Positions 26,465 through 43,382 are shown, counted from the first letter of the stretch. The stretch: 64,000 bases of DNA from Eledone cirrhosa (GCA_964016885.1 OZ024742.1:154132001-154196000); one strand, 5' to 3'. Notes: generated by a model from the letters alone, not told the origin. Made by a program: numbers and translations.

Positions 26465-27450
26465 TATAGGAAAATGTTTGACCCCGACGGCAGAGCTCAA
26501 GCCATTTCGACGGCTATTTCTACCTAGTTCTTTCCTTTGAGTTGCCATATTTCATTCGCCAAATTTGTGGTGTCCTTTCACTTCGGTGTCTGAAGGAGGG
26601 TTCATGATAAAGGAAACTGTTTTTAAACGGATCATCCGACATAGCCACATATTTCGAGGTTTGCTCTTGGTGATGTTGATTCAATGAAGAGACCTCAGCT
26701 TCATATTTTATTACCGGAGTGTTGCATTATTGATTCAGCTGGCATGACTCCACAATTTACACAAAGAACCATATGATTTGGAGCTCTGTTGGTTATGCAG
26801 GAGGCGGAATATCATATTTCTGGCACCGGAGTATCTAATTTAACCATATGGGGAACCAAATCCAGTTGTATCTATGGACAAGTGTGCATCTATGAGAGAT
26901 AAAACATTTTTCCTACATTAGTTTAAAGAGAAGGGAAGGGAGAGCCAGAATTTAGATATAATCTTGATTATTTTCACAATAGATCTGGAGAGTAGGATAT
27001 ATTTTCTGCCAAGCCACTATTACGTAATGCTGTATTATTGTACGGGAATGCCCTGACGAATATAATCGGTTTGAAAAGAATTTGGCGATCCGAGTGCTAA
27101 TCTTCTTAACTAAATTCTTGATGACTAGAGGGGGATGGCAGGATATAATATATATGTGCCTAAGGTCTCGCCAGGGTTATGGAAAGCTATATATGTGTGT
27201 TTACGTAGGTCTAGGTTGAGATCTAAGAACTTTACAATAGCCTGGTTGATGGATACGTTGATTTTTCTGTCCTAGATTTCTAAATGTGGTGATAAGATAT
27301 TTCCTAAAAGTATCGAGGTCCTGGCCGGCTTTATGACTCAAAAGTGATAGATCAACGTCGCGGTGTAGATTCCTCTGGAATCCGGGAATTTGGAGCGTAA
27401 CATATCCGTAATAAAAAGACCCACCAAATCGCACACATCCGCATCTTCAC
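26465..27450 (-). pseudogene. Decayed Hydra-clade-like PLE (RT end, thumb, EN remnants) joined to family G pLTR
   Basis: CDLVGLFITDML..GIY from ORF 27338-27682 parallels ELTDLIGLFLL..GLYRDD at 63537-63845; 3' end matches family G. Confidence 0.6.
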
Positions 27451-27453
27451 ACG

Positions 27454-27488
<35 letters not shown>

Positions 27489-27495
27489 GCGCACA

Positions 27496-27595
<100 letters not shown>

Positions 27596-27605
27596 ACACA
27601 CACAC

Positions 27606-27635
<30 letters not shown>

Positions 27636-27636
<1 letters not shown>

Positions 27637-28330
27637 TGTTATACTTCGGGAGGGTCATGTTGTCAATAAGAAACACACGCACCAGTTTCTTTCACTCTAA
27701 TTTATTATAATTTAAAAAAACATTTTTAAAGATTTTTTCTATTTTTTTTTTATTTCCGGTTGGTTGGTTGGTTACATTCTGTGACCACTTCAGTGACTGG
27801 GGATTCTTTTCTTTGTTTTGTGCCTCTCCCTTTTTCTGTCCTACACCATCTAGTTTTTTGTGTGTTGTGTGCTTAGTTTGCACACGTGTTAAATCTGGAT
27901 GTTTGTGTGTGTTTTTATTTGTTTATGTTTTGTTTATTTATATGTTACTGGTTGGTTGTTTGTTCTATGTGCAAACTAAGCACACAACACACACAACAAC
28001 AACATGGCGTAGGACAGAACAAGGAGAGGCACAAAACAAAGAAATGAATCGCCAGTCACTGAAGAGGTCACATAATGTCTGACGAAAGAACTTTGACACT
28101 ATTTGAACAACCGCGCGGTTGTGGAATCAATCAACCAACCAACCGGAAATTTATAACTTTTTTGAAAAAATAAAAATTGTTTATTTATTATTTTATTTAT
28201 CATAAATTGGAGGGAATGTAATGGTGCGTGTTTCTCTTATTGGCAACATGACCCTCCCAAAGTATAACAATATCGGTTAAAACACACGTTTTCAGATAAA
28301 GTATCTTGCTAAACAAATTCAGAAACGAAA
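27636..28330. mobile_element. Family D fold-back pLTR pair; HHR at 28055-28097 (+)
   Basis: GTCA-CTGAAGA-g-GTCA..TGAC-GAAAGAACTT-TGAC. The left arm is the reverse complement with a partial HHR at ~27775-27800. Confidence 0.75.
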
Positions 28331-28669
28331 TATATATATATATATATATATATATAATAACTAGAAATTGATTAACATATAAATAAACATGAATAATCAC
28401 AGGAGATATTTTTTACATATTATAAGGTATCTATTTTTGAAGTTCTGGTCAACTTTATTTAGTTACCTACCTAGCTACACTTGTAAAAATTATGTCCTGC
28501 GTTTATTCATGTTTATTCATACGTTAATCAATGTCTAGTCATTATAAAATGCTCGGACCTACTCGTTAGAATCTTAGAGCTTATTTTCCGGGTGATATGG
28601 CGCATGTCTTTCTGGCATGACACCCATAATTTTTGATTTAGGTTAAATTCATTTAATTTATCTTAATTT

Positions 28670-28729
<60 letters not shown>

Positions 28730-28888
28730 CATATATATATATATATACATACTACAAATGTATTTAGTGCCTTTTTGAAATGTGGTAAATGTGATCACTT
28801 CTAGATACCCTTTAGGATGCCACAAGTATGTATGTATGAATGTATGTATGTATATGCTCACACACACACACACACACGCACATATATT

Positions 28889-28919
<31 letters not shown>

Positions 28920-29461
28920 ATGTGTTGTGTATGTAAGTGTATCTGTATATATACATACGTACGTATATTTGTGCGTGTGTGTGTGAATATATGTGTGCGT
29001 GCGTGTGAGTCAGTATGTTCAGCTATGTGTATGTGTATCACTAGTAGAAACCAGTAATTGATCAGAATGCTACTATTATGGCTTTTAAACTCAATTTCTG
29101 AAGAAGTGATCAGAATATGTTAAACGCTGCCATAAATTTCAATATAAACATTGTCATATGTATAATATTTAGTAGGAATATTAATATGGATATAAATGCT
29201 TTCATATTACATTTTCACCATAAACATTGTGTATTAATAACCGATTTAGCCTTCATTGTAGACTATCTGACTGAGTTTTGATCCGACACTTTCAGTTTCA
29301 ATTGACATATTTCAAATTAACTCTAATAGTCCGTTTCTCAGTTTGTATGCTTGCATGTATGTAACTAAGTATATATCTATGTATGTTTGTATGTATGAAT
29401 GTATGTATGTATGTATAAACACACTGAACGGACGCATACACAAACTCACACACACACACAT

Positions 29462-29494
<33 letters not shown>

Positions 29495-29832
29495 GGGAGA
29501 GAAGGCGAGATACATATATAGAAAGAGAGAGAAAAATACAAATATATTTGGAAGGTGGTGAGTGGAATTTGAATAAGAAGAATGTTGCTGTAAATTTGTG
29601 TAATATGTAAAGGTTTATAAACCCACTCATTGGAAAAAGATTATTATTCCAGTGCTGAGGCCCATCTTTTTTTCCGTTTAGTGGGTTTCGATTATTTTAT
29701 TTAGTAAAATTGACAGTGGATCTTCAAGTTCAATGTATATGTATTTAAAATATATAGATATAGTTAGATCAACAGATTGACTGATATATATATATATATA
29801 TATATAGATATGTGTGTGTGCATGTGTGTGTG

Positions 29833-29868
<36 letters not shown>

Positions 29869-29988
29869 CACACTAAAAACTTAAAACCACAACTGAATAC
29901 TAACCCATACAATCACTAATACTCTTTTATTCGTAATTAAACCATTTTTCAACTGTGAACAATTTGTCAGCATTTTCTATTCCGTTTA

Positions 29989-30117
<129 letters not shown>

Positions 30118-30122
30118 ATATA

Positions 30123-30164
<42 letters not shown>

Positions 30165-31289
30165 TTATAAAGAAAGAAGAAACATTAGATATAAATAAAA
30201 ATATATAGTATACCTAAATCTCTTCAATATCCTCGACTACGTTGTTTCGTGGCTATTATGCAAGAACATTACATCATAGAGATGATGTATTTTTGTGAGA
30301 TTTTGCCGACTTATCAAGAGGATACTTCATTGATTGTTTCAAAACATGTCCGTAGGACGCGAGATAGAATCCCGAAAGGCGGAGGGGGAACTTATCACGT
30401 GATACAGCGGTCAAGAAACAGAGCTAAGCCTCTTACAACCAAGAGAAAAATACCACAAAAGGTAGAGATGTTATTTATGCCGAGGCCGTAAAGGAGTTGG
30501 CTAGGAGTGCGAGAAGTGTGATTACTCTAAGCTTAACAGCAGTCACTATTCTTCAGTGGTTACTCTACCGTAGGGAGTTATAAACAATGCAAAGAAATAC
30601 ACAGACACATGCGACTACATATACATGCATATACACACATATATCCCTGCATTTGTGTGGTGCCAACCTTAACCGTTGTTGCTCTATGAATAATAGGGAC
30701 AACATAATATGGATGGATTAGATTGATTATACTGAATTATATTGACTGCTGTTAAGCTTACACTAATCACACTTCACCCTCCTCCTAGCCAACTATTCTA
30801 CGGCCTTGACATAAATACCCGCTCCGTCTTTTGTGGTATTTTTCTCTTGGTTGTAAGAGGCTTAGCTTTGTTTCTTGACCGCTGTATCACGTGATAAGTT
30901 CCACTCCGCCTTTCGGGATTCTATCTCGCGACCTACGGACGTGTTTTGAAACTCTAAATGAGGTATCCTCTTGATAAGTCGGCAAACCTCACAAAAATAC
31001 TGCATCTCTGTGATGTAATGTGTTTGCATAATAGCCACGAAACTACGTAGTCGAGGATAATGAAGGAATTTAGGTATATTATATATTTTATTTATATCTA
31101 ATGTTTCATCTTTCTTATAAAGTATTATATAGCTCTGATATTGAATCAATCTAATCCATCCATATTATTTTGTCCCTATTATTCATAGAGCAACACCGGT
31201 TAAGTTTGGCACCACACATATTCAGGAACATATGTGGGGATATGCATGTATATGTATGTATTCGCATGTGTCTGTGTATTTCTTGTATC

Positions 31290-31290
<1 letters not shown>
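30165..31290. mobile_element. Fold-back of two circularly permuted ~560-bp units, each with a U3-A8 hammerhead
   Basis: A (30165-30545) then B (30590-30730) on +; reverse-complement A' (30742-31120) then B' (31143-31290). Confidence 0.8.
30964..31059 (+). ncRNA. Type I hammerhead with UUGAUAA core (U3-A8) and ~60-nt stem II
   Basis: TATCCTC-TTGATAA-GTcGGC..GCCAC-GAAAC-TACGTA-GTC-GAGGATA: perfect 7-bp stem I and palindromic stem III. Second copy at 30228-30324 (-). Confidence 0.8.
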
Positions 31291-31334
<44 letters not shown>

Positions 31335-31337
<3 letters not shown>

Positions 31338-31787
31338 GTTATGTGAGTTTTTCGAATATTAATAGTAATATTCGCTTCGTTTGCAATTATGCAAACAAGC
31401 CTCATTTTTAAAACCATGTCAGTGGAATAAGCCCCTCATTCTTGCACTTGTGTTGACATGTAAACAGAACTGCAGACACTAATGTTTCTGGGTATTACCC
31501 TTCATCAGTGCAATTCACCTGCCAACTCTGAGAGCTAGTGAAAATATGATATTTTCTTAAATATATAGGGACTGATCGGCCTGATTTGCTTGATGAAGGG
31601 TAATACCCAGAAACATTAGGGTCTGCAGTTCTGTTTACATGCGAACACAAGAGCAAGTGTGAAGGGGAGGGGGGGGGGCTCATCCTACTGACATAGCTTT
31701 AAAAATGAGGCTTCTTAGCATAATTGCAAACGAATCGAACATTATTATAATATTTGTTAAACTCAGATTACATTTAATGTATTCAGC

Positions 31788-31795
<8 letters not shown>
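31335..31795. mobile_element. Fold-back element with HHRs in both arms
   Basis: 31350-31508 is the reverse complement of 31590-31755. Confidence 0.8.
31470..31513 (-). ncRNA. Canonical type I hammerhead ribozyme
   Basis: TTGCA-CTGATGA-A-GGGT-aat-ACCC-A-GAAACA-ttag-TGTC-TGCAG; GUC site. Confidence 0.85.
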
Positions 31796-31835
<40 letters not shown>

Positions 31836-31839
31836 CAAA

Positions 31840-33235
<1,396 letters not shown>

Positions 33236-33244
33236 AGAGAGAAG

Positions 33245-34259
<1,015 letters not shown>

Positions 34260-34974
34260 AGTGTGTGTATCTGTGTGTATAAATGTGTGTATGTATGTGT
34301 GCGTGTAGGTGTGTATGTGCGTGTATGTGTATGTGCGTGCGTCTGTGCGTGTGGGTGTGTGTATGTGTGTGTGTGTGGGGGGGGGGGGGTATTTATGTGT
34401 GCTGTGCTTTAATAAAGGATAAATAGGCTTACTCATTCACCATAGGGTTTTGTCTGTCAGAATGGCAAATTCCATTATCGGGGATGTTTTGTCTGCTTCG
34501 TGCAACCCAAACTTCATTGGACTGAGCGAACAAACACAATGCGTATATATCCTGAATTGTGTCTACATCCGGCATTTATACAATCCAAAACGTTTTTCTT
34601 CCTTTTTTTCAACCTGATCCAAGATAAATCAATCTCTGCTATCAGTATGGAGAGCAATTCTCTTTTTTAAAACGGCGTTCCATCGTGTAAAATGATTTAT
34701 TATTTTAAACATTTTAGTTGTGAGCATCGTACAGAAGAACACAGAGAAAATTATCCTGTATGCTGTGATATATTTCCGTATGACCTGGTCAGTATATGTG
34801 CTGTTGCTTGTCTATGTGTAGGTGTGCGGGTGGGGGGTGATTTCAATAAGGTCCAACTGGATATCTATAATAATATATGTATATCTAATATACCTACACT
34901 CATGTTGACGAAAAGAATTCCGTATTTAGCTACAGATATAGCCACATGCATACATATATACTACATATAGTGAG

Positions 34975-35300
34975 GTTAAGTGGCTTAGTGGTTAGAGCTC
35001 AATTCAAAACCGTCAGCTTGTACGTTTGACCGGGTGATGCGTTGCTACCTTGAGCAAGACACTTTAATTCATGATATTCTAGTTCATTCAGCAGTAGAAA
35101 TTACGCGTGACATCACATGTGCCAATTTGTATCCGGTTTCCATTTCACTTGGACAACATCGATTGTTTGCGAAGGAGAACCTGGTATGCATGGGCGACTG
35201 CTAATGATCCACTTGAAAACATAAATATGGAGAATGTTCTAAGTGCAAAACCCAGGGATGGTCATTCGTGATTCATAATTGACCTAGTTTGCTTGAAACA
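34975..35300 (+). mobile_element. tRNA-like SINE, diverged
   Basis: gtggcttagtggttagag..ccttgagcaagacacttt. Confidence 0.6.
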
Positions 35301-36382
35301 TTATCTATATATATAGTATAATTCACTGGACATTGACGCTACGTGACTCTTTGAATTTCACGTTACGTTTTAGCGAAATGATTGGAATAGGAAAGTTTCT
35401 TCGGGATGGATAAGCCAAAAAATTCTGAAAACCATTATATTACTGTTTAACAAAATGACATTAACATTTTACCGTGAGAAATAACAGGCATAGGCTATAT
35501 CACTGTGCCTAGAATACGCGATATATTTGAATATTCACGTTTTCTAAAAAAAAGTGTTTGTCTTCATTCTTTCGCTAGTAGTTATATAAACGACACTTTA
35601 ACTAGGAATGCGGCTTCTGTTAAAATGTTTACTTGGATGAATACACGAATTATTTTTAAGCATATAAATGTCTTTCAATATATATAAATTATATTACGAA
35701 GGAGATAAACAGTTGGTAGCTAGAAATTTCTAAATGAAATCCGATGGATGTATCTGTCAGAATTTACTAATTTTGATCATTTGTGGAAAATCGCAAATGT
35801 CTGTAATAGAAAGTTATAAACCTCCGAGAGAAAAATATCAAAATTGATCAAATCTAATTAAGTGCGAGACGTATGTCTAAAGAAAATTTTATTTGGTAAT
35901 TGTTAATAATATCCTCCATTAAATTTTAGAGATAGAAAGTATAACGCCTTTCTTCGGGAATGTATATATATGCGTGTTATTAGACTCTTTTCAAATAGGA
36001 TATTCAGAAAAGCGCATACATCATTTGCTTCACTAGTATCTGTAAGGTAGAAGATAAATCGATTATCTAATATTTTAGAAAGACACATACCATGGGGAGA
36101 GCAGACATTAGGATTATTGCAATTGATTATAGAAGTATATTGCATGTTCTCTTTTTCTACTGTGACTGTCAATTTTTTTTTATCTCGATTACAGGGAACG
36201 TTAAAGTTATTTTAAGTAAATACTTTATTCTAATGTAGAATATGCTAAATATGTAAGAAAGTTCTAACAAACTGGGCCGAATATATAAATATAGAGAGGA
36301 TAATGTTATAGATAAGTCGTTTATCAATTTATGTTTCTTAAATATCAAGGTGGCTCATCATTCTATGTTTGGAATCACAAGA

Positions 36383-36790
36383 TTCTTCTTCTTCTTCTTC
36401 TTCTTCTTCTTCTTCTTCTTCTTCTCTTCTTCTTCTTCTTCTTCTTCTTCTTCTTCTTCTTCTTCCTTCTTCTTCTCTTCTTCTTCTTCTTCTTCTTCTT
36501 CTTCTTCTTCTTCTTCTTCTTCTTCTTCTTTCACCCACTTATTCCTGAGAGGATCGTGGGGGCAGAGTCCTCAAACATTCCTTCCAGTGGATCCTATCAG
36601 AAGCTACCGTATCAACCCGATCCTGCTATATTCCAAGGGTGACCAGCCAATCCCATGGAGCTTATTCAACCATCTTGCTCGGGGTCTACACCTCGGTCTC
36701 TTGCCAGTTGGTTATTGCCCTAAAATCTGTCCAGCGATTCTTTACTGCGATATTCTAACCACAATCATATTTATATGATTCACTGGCAGA
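36383..36790 (-). mobile_element. RTE-type LINE 3' end with (GAA)n tail
   Basis: Minus strand encodes PTGKRPRCRPRARWLN..ASDRIHWK, followed by a (GAA)n tract at 36383-36530. Confidence 0.65.
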
Positions 36791-36946
36791 GTAATATCTA
36801 GGTGTGTACTTACTGCATTTATCAACTAAATTTGTATGTATACATGGATGATAAAACAGTTGTAACAAACAGATACGTACGACGCACAATTATTAATCGA
36901 AATTTCCCTTTAATTTAATATATAATTACATATATATATATATGTG

Positions 36947-37017
<71 letters not shown>

Positions 37018-37363
37018 TATATATGTGTGTGTGTGTGGGTGTGTGTGTGTGTGTGTAGGCGTGTGTGTGTGTGTATGTGTGTGTGTGAGAGAGAGTGAGT
37101 GTAATCATGTATGTACGGCGAGCGAACGTGTGTGTGTGGTTGTGTTTTTGTGTGCATGTATAGATTTATGTATATATACTAATGACACATTATGCAATAC
37201 CAGCTATAAATGATATTCAAGAAGTCGCTCATATTTATAGCATAATACAATAATGTTTTATGATATAAGATTGCATAGTGATATGAGAAGGTAATAGTAG
37301 TACACTAACATTGACATGCATCACTATATCTATATGTATATGTTTCTATATATATATATATAC

Positions 37364-37444
<81 letters not shown>

Positions 37445-37448
<4 letters not shown>

Positions 37449-37738
37449 ACTGGGAGGAAGAAAAAATGGCTTCACTTGTGCTTTCAACAAATTTATTTTC
37501 TTCACAAATTCCAAAAATAATTTTTTTTTTTTTTTTTCCTCCGGATTAGAAAAAAAATGTTTTTCTTTAAAAAAAATTATTTTATAAATTAAGTTAGGTC
37601 TTAGGAGGTCTTGGTTAACGTAGGAGGTATTGTTTCGTTTTTAGAACGACCTTTCACGCTGAGGCGCGCTTGTCAAACTGATGTGTATGTGGTGTGTTGT
37701 TCTATATATAGGGATTGGATATGTGGTGTATGTCTATA

Positions 37739-37793
<55 letters not shown>

Positions 37794-37864
37794 ATGTATG
37801 TATGTGTATGTGTATATATGTATGTGTGTATGTATGTACTTGTATGTGTATGTGTATGTGTATG

Positions 37865-37915
<51 letters not shown>

Positions 37916-38020
37916 ATATATATAGAGATATATGTATATGTGTATATGTATGAATATGAATGTATGTGTCTGTATTTGTTTATGTGTACATATATGTATG
38001 TATATATGTATGTATATATT

Positions 38021-38055
<35 letters not shown>

Positions 38056-38735
38056 TTGTGTATGCCCGTGTGTGTATGTACGTATATACGCACATATGTG
38101 TGTGTTGAACAAAGGACTAATTTTGGGGATGGACGTAGAAAAATTCTTCAGAAAAAAATAATTGTTTACAAACTTGGCAGGTGCGATTTGCCTGTGACCA
38201 TTCTCAACACAAAGGAATCCTCTGAATAAAGGAATTTTTCGAGAATGACCGGGGCAGGTCGCACTTGCTACATTTCTCCCAACCCCACCCTACTCACCGT
38301 CTCAACTCATTACTGCTATTAACACTTTTTCAACACACCTACACCCATACACTTCTTAAAAAGGAGGAGAAAAAACCCCACGACACCACAGACATGTCAA
38401 ATCCCTATATATAGAACAACACACCACAGACATGTTAAATCCCTATATACAGAACAACACACCACATACACATCAGTTTGACAAGCGCACCTCAGCGTGA
38501 AAGGTCGTTCTAAAAACGAAACAATACACCCTACGTTAACCAAGAACTCCTAAGACCTAACTTAATTTATAAAATAATTTTTTTAAAAGAAAAAAATAAT
38601 TTTTTTCTAATCCGGAGGAAAAAAAAAAAAATTCTTTTGGGATTTTGTGAAGAAAATAAATTTGTTGAAAGCACAAGTGAAGCCATTTTTTCTTTCCCCC
38701 CCCCCCTGTACCAAGGATTACACACATTTTCCAAT
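37445..38735. mobile_element. Fold-back pLTR-like element with candidate UUGACAA hammerhead
   Basis: 37450-37720 is the reverse complement of 38440-38695; third copy at 60690-61335. Confidence 0.7.
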
Positions 38736-38769
38736 ATATATATATATATATATATATATTCATGTATAT

Positions 38770-39860
38770 ATTTTGTTATACTTGGGGAGGGTCATATTGT
38801 TGTTATAATATTCCCAGAATCAATAACAGAACACATTCACTGTTTGGTTGGTTTTCGCTTCTGTATCTTTTATATCAGTTAATTTATTCGGTCATCAATG
38901 TTTACCATTGACTTACGAACGGTCAAACATATATATTTAATATAGACACAAACACATATATATAGTCTAACAAAGTTATTTCGTTGCACATCTGCATCAC
39001 CGTAAATGGTGCTATTATGCATCTCTTGCTCTATTGTATATATACGCCATCTTCATTTAATCTGTTTATGTATTTATTTATTTTTGTCCTCTCTGCGCAT
39101 GTGTTTGCGTGTGTGTATAGTGTTTGGTGTGTGTTCGCGTTTGGTTGACTGTGATTTGGTTATTGTATTCTATCTTAGTTTACTAAGAAAAAAAAAAACG
39201 GTTCAGTACTATACGAACACGCCAGACAACAATATGACGATGAAATAGACAACATAGAAATTAAAATAATATCTAAACCTAGAAATGACCCAGCAGAGAG
39301 ACAAATCAGAGAGGCAAGTATATAGAACTTAGAAGGCCAAAGGTAAACAGAAAAAAATAAATGGAATAACAACAATGCCCAAACAAACAACACTGACCTA
39401 AGAGAAATATAAATAAATAAATAAATATATACACAAGCACAATAACAACAAACACATATAAACGCACACTAGGATAGAATACAATAACCAAAACACTGTC
39501 ACCCAAACGCGAACACACACCAAATACTATACACACACGCAAACGCATGCGCAGAGAAGAAGACAAAAATAAATAAATACATAAATAAACATATTAAATA
39601 AAGTTGGCATAGTTATACAATACAACAGAAGGAACATAATAGCACCACTGACGATGTTGCAGATGTGCAACGAAATAATTTTTATACTATATTATATCTG
39701 TATTTTTAACCGTTGGTCAGTCAATGGTAAACACTGAGGACCGAATGAATTAACTGATATAAAAGATACAGAAGCGAAAACCAACCAAACAGTGAGTGTG
39801 TTCTGTTATTAATTCTGGCAATATTATTACAACAATATCACCCTCCCCAAGTATAAAAAT
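38770..39860. mobile_element. Fold-back pLTR-like element with eroded hammerhead (39648-39683 +)
   Basis: 38775-39178 is the reverse complement of 39470-39857; CTGACGA-T-GTTGCA-gatg-TGCAAC-GAAAT. Confidence 0.65.
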
Positions 39861-39909
39861 ATTTGTTTCGACACACGATTTCATATCAAAAGCATCGCAA
39901 AACAAATTC

Positions 39910-39966
<57 letters not shown>

Positions 39967-40490
39967 TATGTGTGTGTGTGTCTGTGTGTGTGTGTGTGTG
40001 TGTGTATGTGTCTATGGCGTTTCTGGTCGTGTGTCTGTCTGTATGTTGGTATAGCCTTTCTGGTTGTGTGTATGTATGTTTCTGTGTAGGCATGACATTG
40101 TCATCGTGTCTCTCTTATCTCACATCCCAACACTGGCCCAATTGATATAAGTTATATTTTTCTTATTTGCACATATAACAGCAACATCTGTTATATCATT
40201 TATAGCTTAACATAGCGATTATTGCACAACTGATTATTATATGACTGGTTATGTCATCAAAGGACGAGGAAAAATATTACTTTCCTTCTACAATATGTTT
40301 GTATAATATTTAACTTTCCTGCTCTACTGGTCTACTTCAACGAAGACTCGTCTATGTTTACGGTCTAATAATCGGCAGCCTTGGTTGGTTTTAAAACATA
40401 CTTAGAATATATTTATTTCTTATATGCTCATTACTGGATTCTTATAATGTATTTTTACTCTCTTATGTATATATATATATATATATATAT

Positions 40491-40705
40491 ATACGATATT
40501 AAACAAATGGAAACTATATTTATAAAACCATATTTATTTCGTTATATATATTTCAAAATATTTATTTCGAAATATATATAACGAAATAAATATGGTTTTA
40601 TAAATATAGTTTCCATTTGTTTAATATCGTAAACCTACTCCAGAAACTGTTGAGTGCTTTTATATCAGTTATAAAATATTTACTCGTTGTAACCCAACAA
40701 TCTTA
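40491..40705. repeat. Family F fold-back with ~65-bp near-perfect arms
   Basis: tacgatattaaacaaatggaaac...atatatttc / gaaatatatataac...tttaatatcgta. Confidence 0.85.
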
Positions 40706-40716
40706 AATAAAACTTT

Positions 40717-40766
<50 letters not shown>

Positions 40767-40774
40767 TATACATC

Positions 40775-40805
<31 letters not shown>

Positions 40806-40899
40806 ATGTGTGTGTGTATTCGCGTGTGTTTGTGTACGTGTGTGTATGTGCATGCGTCTGTGTTTGTGTACGTATGTTTGTGTGTGTGCGCGTAGATTC

Positions 40900-40962
<63 letters not shown>

Positions 40963-41779
40963 AATGAATATATGATAGGGATAGTTTATAACTCTCTATA
41001 TAATATTCATAGTTTATAACTCTATATATAATATTCTCGGCTCCATACGTGAGCTAATTTTTAGTCCCATAAAACCGGCTGCTATTTTTAGCGGCACGCG
41101 TATAGGACGTGCTAGGCGCTGTGACACATGTGCGTTCAACAACACATTTCTCTCAGTCTTCTCAAGTATTTTGAAGTGAAACTTATCAATTTCTGGATAC
41201 CTGCAGAAGAGCACAGAAACATGAACTTTCACTTAATTGTTGCGAAGCAAATTTAAAATTTAAAATTTAATATACTCATGCTTACTCCCCACCCACATGT
41301 AACCAAACACACAGCATATAAGTACTTAACAATATACAACCTCAAGGTATGAAAACATCCATTTACTTCAATAATTCATGTAATCACACACTGGGAAACA
41401 AAAGCTAATATACACACAATACGGATAATCAACAATTATAATTACACTAAAAAATAATTTTCCGAACGCTGGAGTTTCTCTTACATTGTTATTACATCCT
41501 TTGCATCTGACGAGATTTAATTGATGAAATTACGCACGCCATCTTAGCATTGCTTGGAAGATAAGCCACACAGACAGTTATACCTTACCTAAGACCAATT
41601 CTAGAGAAGGTTTTGAAACTTTAAGTAGAATGCACCAGCGATGAGAATGAGTTTATATCAATATACTTTAGCACAGTACTTTAAATAGAGCGCACTCTTT
41701 TCTTTATCTAGGCAACTAAAATCCTTCATACTAAAGCTATGTATCTACCTGTCTATCTATATATCTATCAAAGAGAGGG

Positions 41780-43218
41780 CAGGGTGTAAACCTGGCTTCG
41801 GTGGGGTTCTGATCAATTTAGGTCAGTCTAGGGCCTTTGATAGGGTCGACCATCAATACTAGGAAGCGGTTCTCAAGGCGGCCGGCTTCGGTCCCGCCTT
41901 CAGAGTCTGGATCTCTACCATGCACTTCAGCATCTACTCGGCAGTTAAGGGAAAATGGCTACCTATCCGAGTGATTCCAAATCATGCGTTCCATCCATCA
42001 GGGATGCCCTCTCTCCTCCATTCTGTATGTCTCGAGCCATTACTGCGGAAGTTGGAAATGTTGCAGGGCATCCAGACCAAACCAGGACTGAGGAAAGCAG
42101 CGTCAGCCTATGCCAACGACGTAACCGTAAGGGTGTCAAAAACCTCGGAAATCGGAGTAATCGGCAACCATTTACAGGAATACGAAGCGTTGACAGGAGC
42201 AAGACTAAACCCAAACAAGTCTATCGGTTTGCAACTCGGCATAGAGACAGGCAAGCCCATGCCTTCCTACATTGTCGTTGGACGTTGGACGTTGGACGTT
42301 GGACGGAAGAACCGGTGAAATTTCTCGGGGTCTTATCTGGTCCCAACCTCCAGAATGACAATAATTCGAGCGAGGTCACGGTGAAGGTGTTTGCACTCAC
42401 CCAGAACTGCGCTCAGTGCAAACTCTCTTTGAAAGGTCGAGCGGAGGTGGCGAACACTTACATAACGTCCGTCATCTAATACCGCTTGACAGTCGTGCCT
42501 TGTCTCCGCGACGCCTCACCAAAATAGGAACGCCTACTCTTCAAGTTCCTCCGGAAGAAACAGGCTCCATTGGTAAGGAGATCCATCTGCTGTCAACACC
42601 CTTCTAACGGAGGGATGAGCATGTCGTGGCTGATGATGCGCAATCACGCACTGAGACTACGCCATCTTCAGGTATTCCTGACCGGCGAACCGATGTAGCT
42701 GTCGTTTGTGAGACGAGCTCTTCCACAACTCGTCTCACTAACAGAGCTGCAGTCCTGGGTCAAGTGAAAACCTTAAAACAGCGCCTGGCACGTCCAATGC
42801 CTTTAGTCGCTCACAGCCCTCTACCAAGCGAAAACGGCAATCAGCGGAGACTCCACTTCGACATTCTATAGGGATTAGTGGAGGATAAGTGCGACGACGT
42901 TCTCGGGGAAAATCTAGTCTGTTCGAGAGTGAATAGGCCGAGTGAATCGGCCTTCTCTGTATATAAATCTGTAAGTTGAGGTAGATGAAGTGGGAAGACG
43001 GGAACACCTGCAAAAAGTGTTGCTGGTGTTGAGGGCTGTTCTATCCACGGGGTGTAAAACAACCCGGCTTTACCGTTCTCCCCTATTGGGGATTTCGATT
43101 GTTTTATTATATATCTAGTTTATTGTCATTCACCATTGTTAAACATTTTATATAAATACCACACCGTCACGTCTTGTAATGTCATGTTTTTGAAGACCCC
43201 CGTGGAAAATAAAGAGAG
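41780..43218 (+). pseudogene. 5'-truncated L1/Tx1-clade LINE, RT domain with frameshifts
   Basis: LINLGQSRAFDRVDHQY..LKAAGFGP; LEPLLRKL..AYANDVTV (YADD-like); aataaa near 43208. Confidence 0.8.
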
Positions 43219-43286
43219 ATATCTATCAAACTAATTATATACATATATATATACGTATATACATGTGTGTATGTATGTGTGTGTGA

Positions 43287-43382
<96 letters not shown>

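Noticed and set aside
41505-41540. CTGACGA..GAAAT motif
   Set aside because: Stems II and III do not pair.
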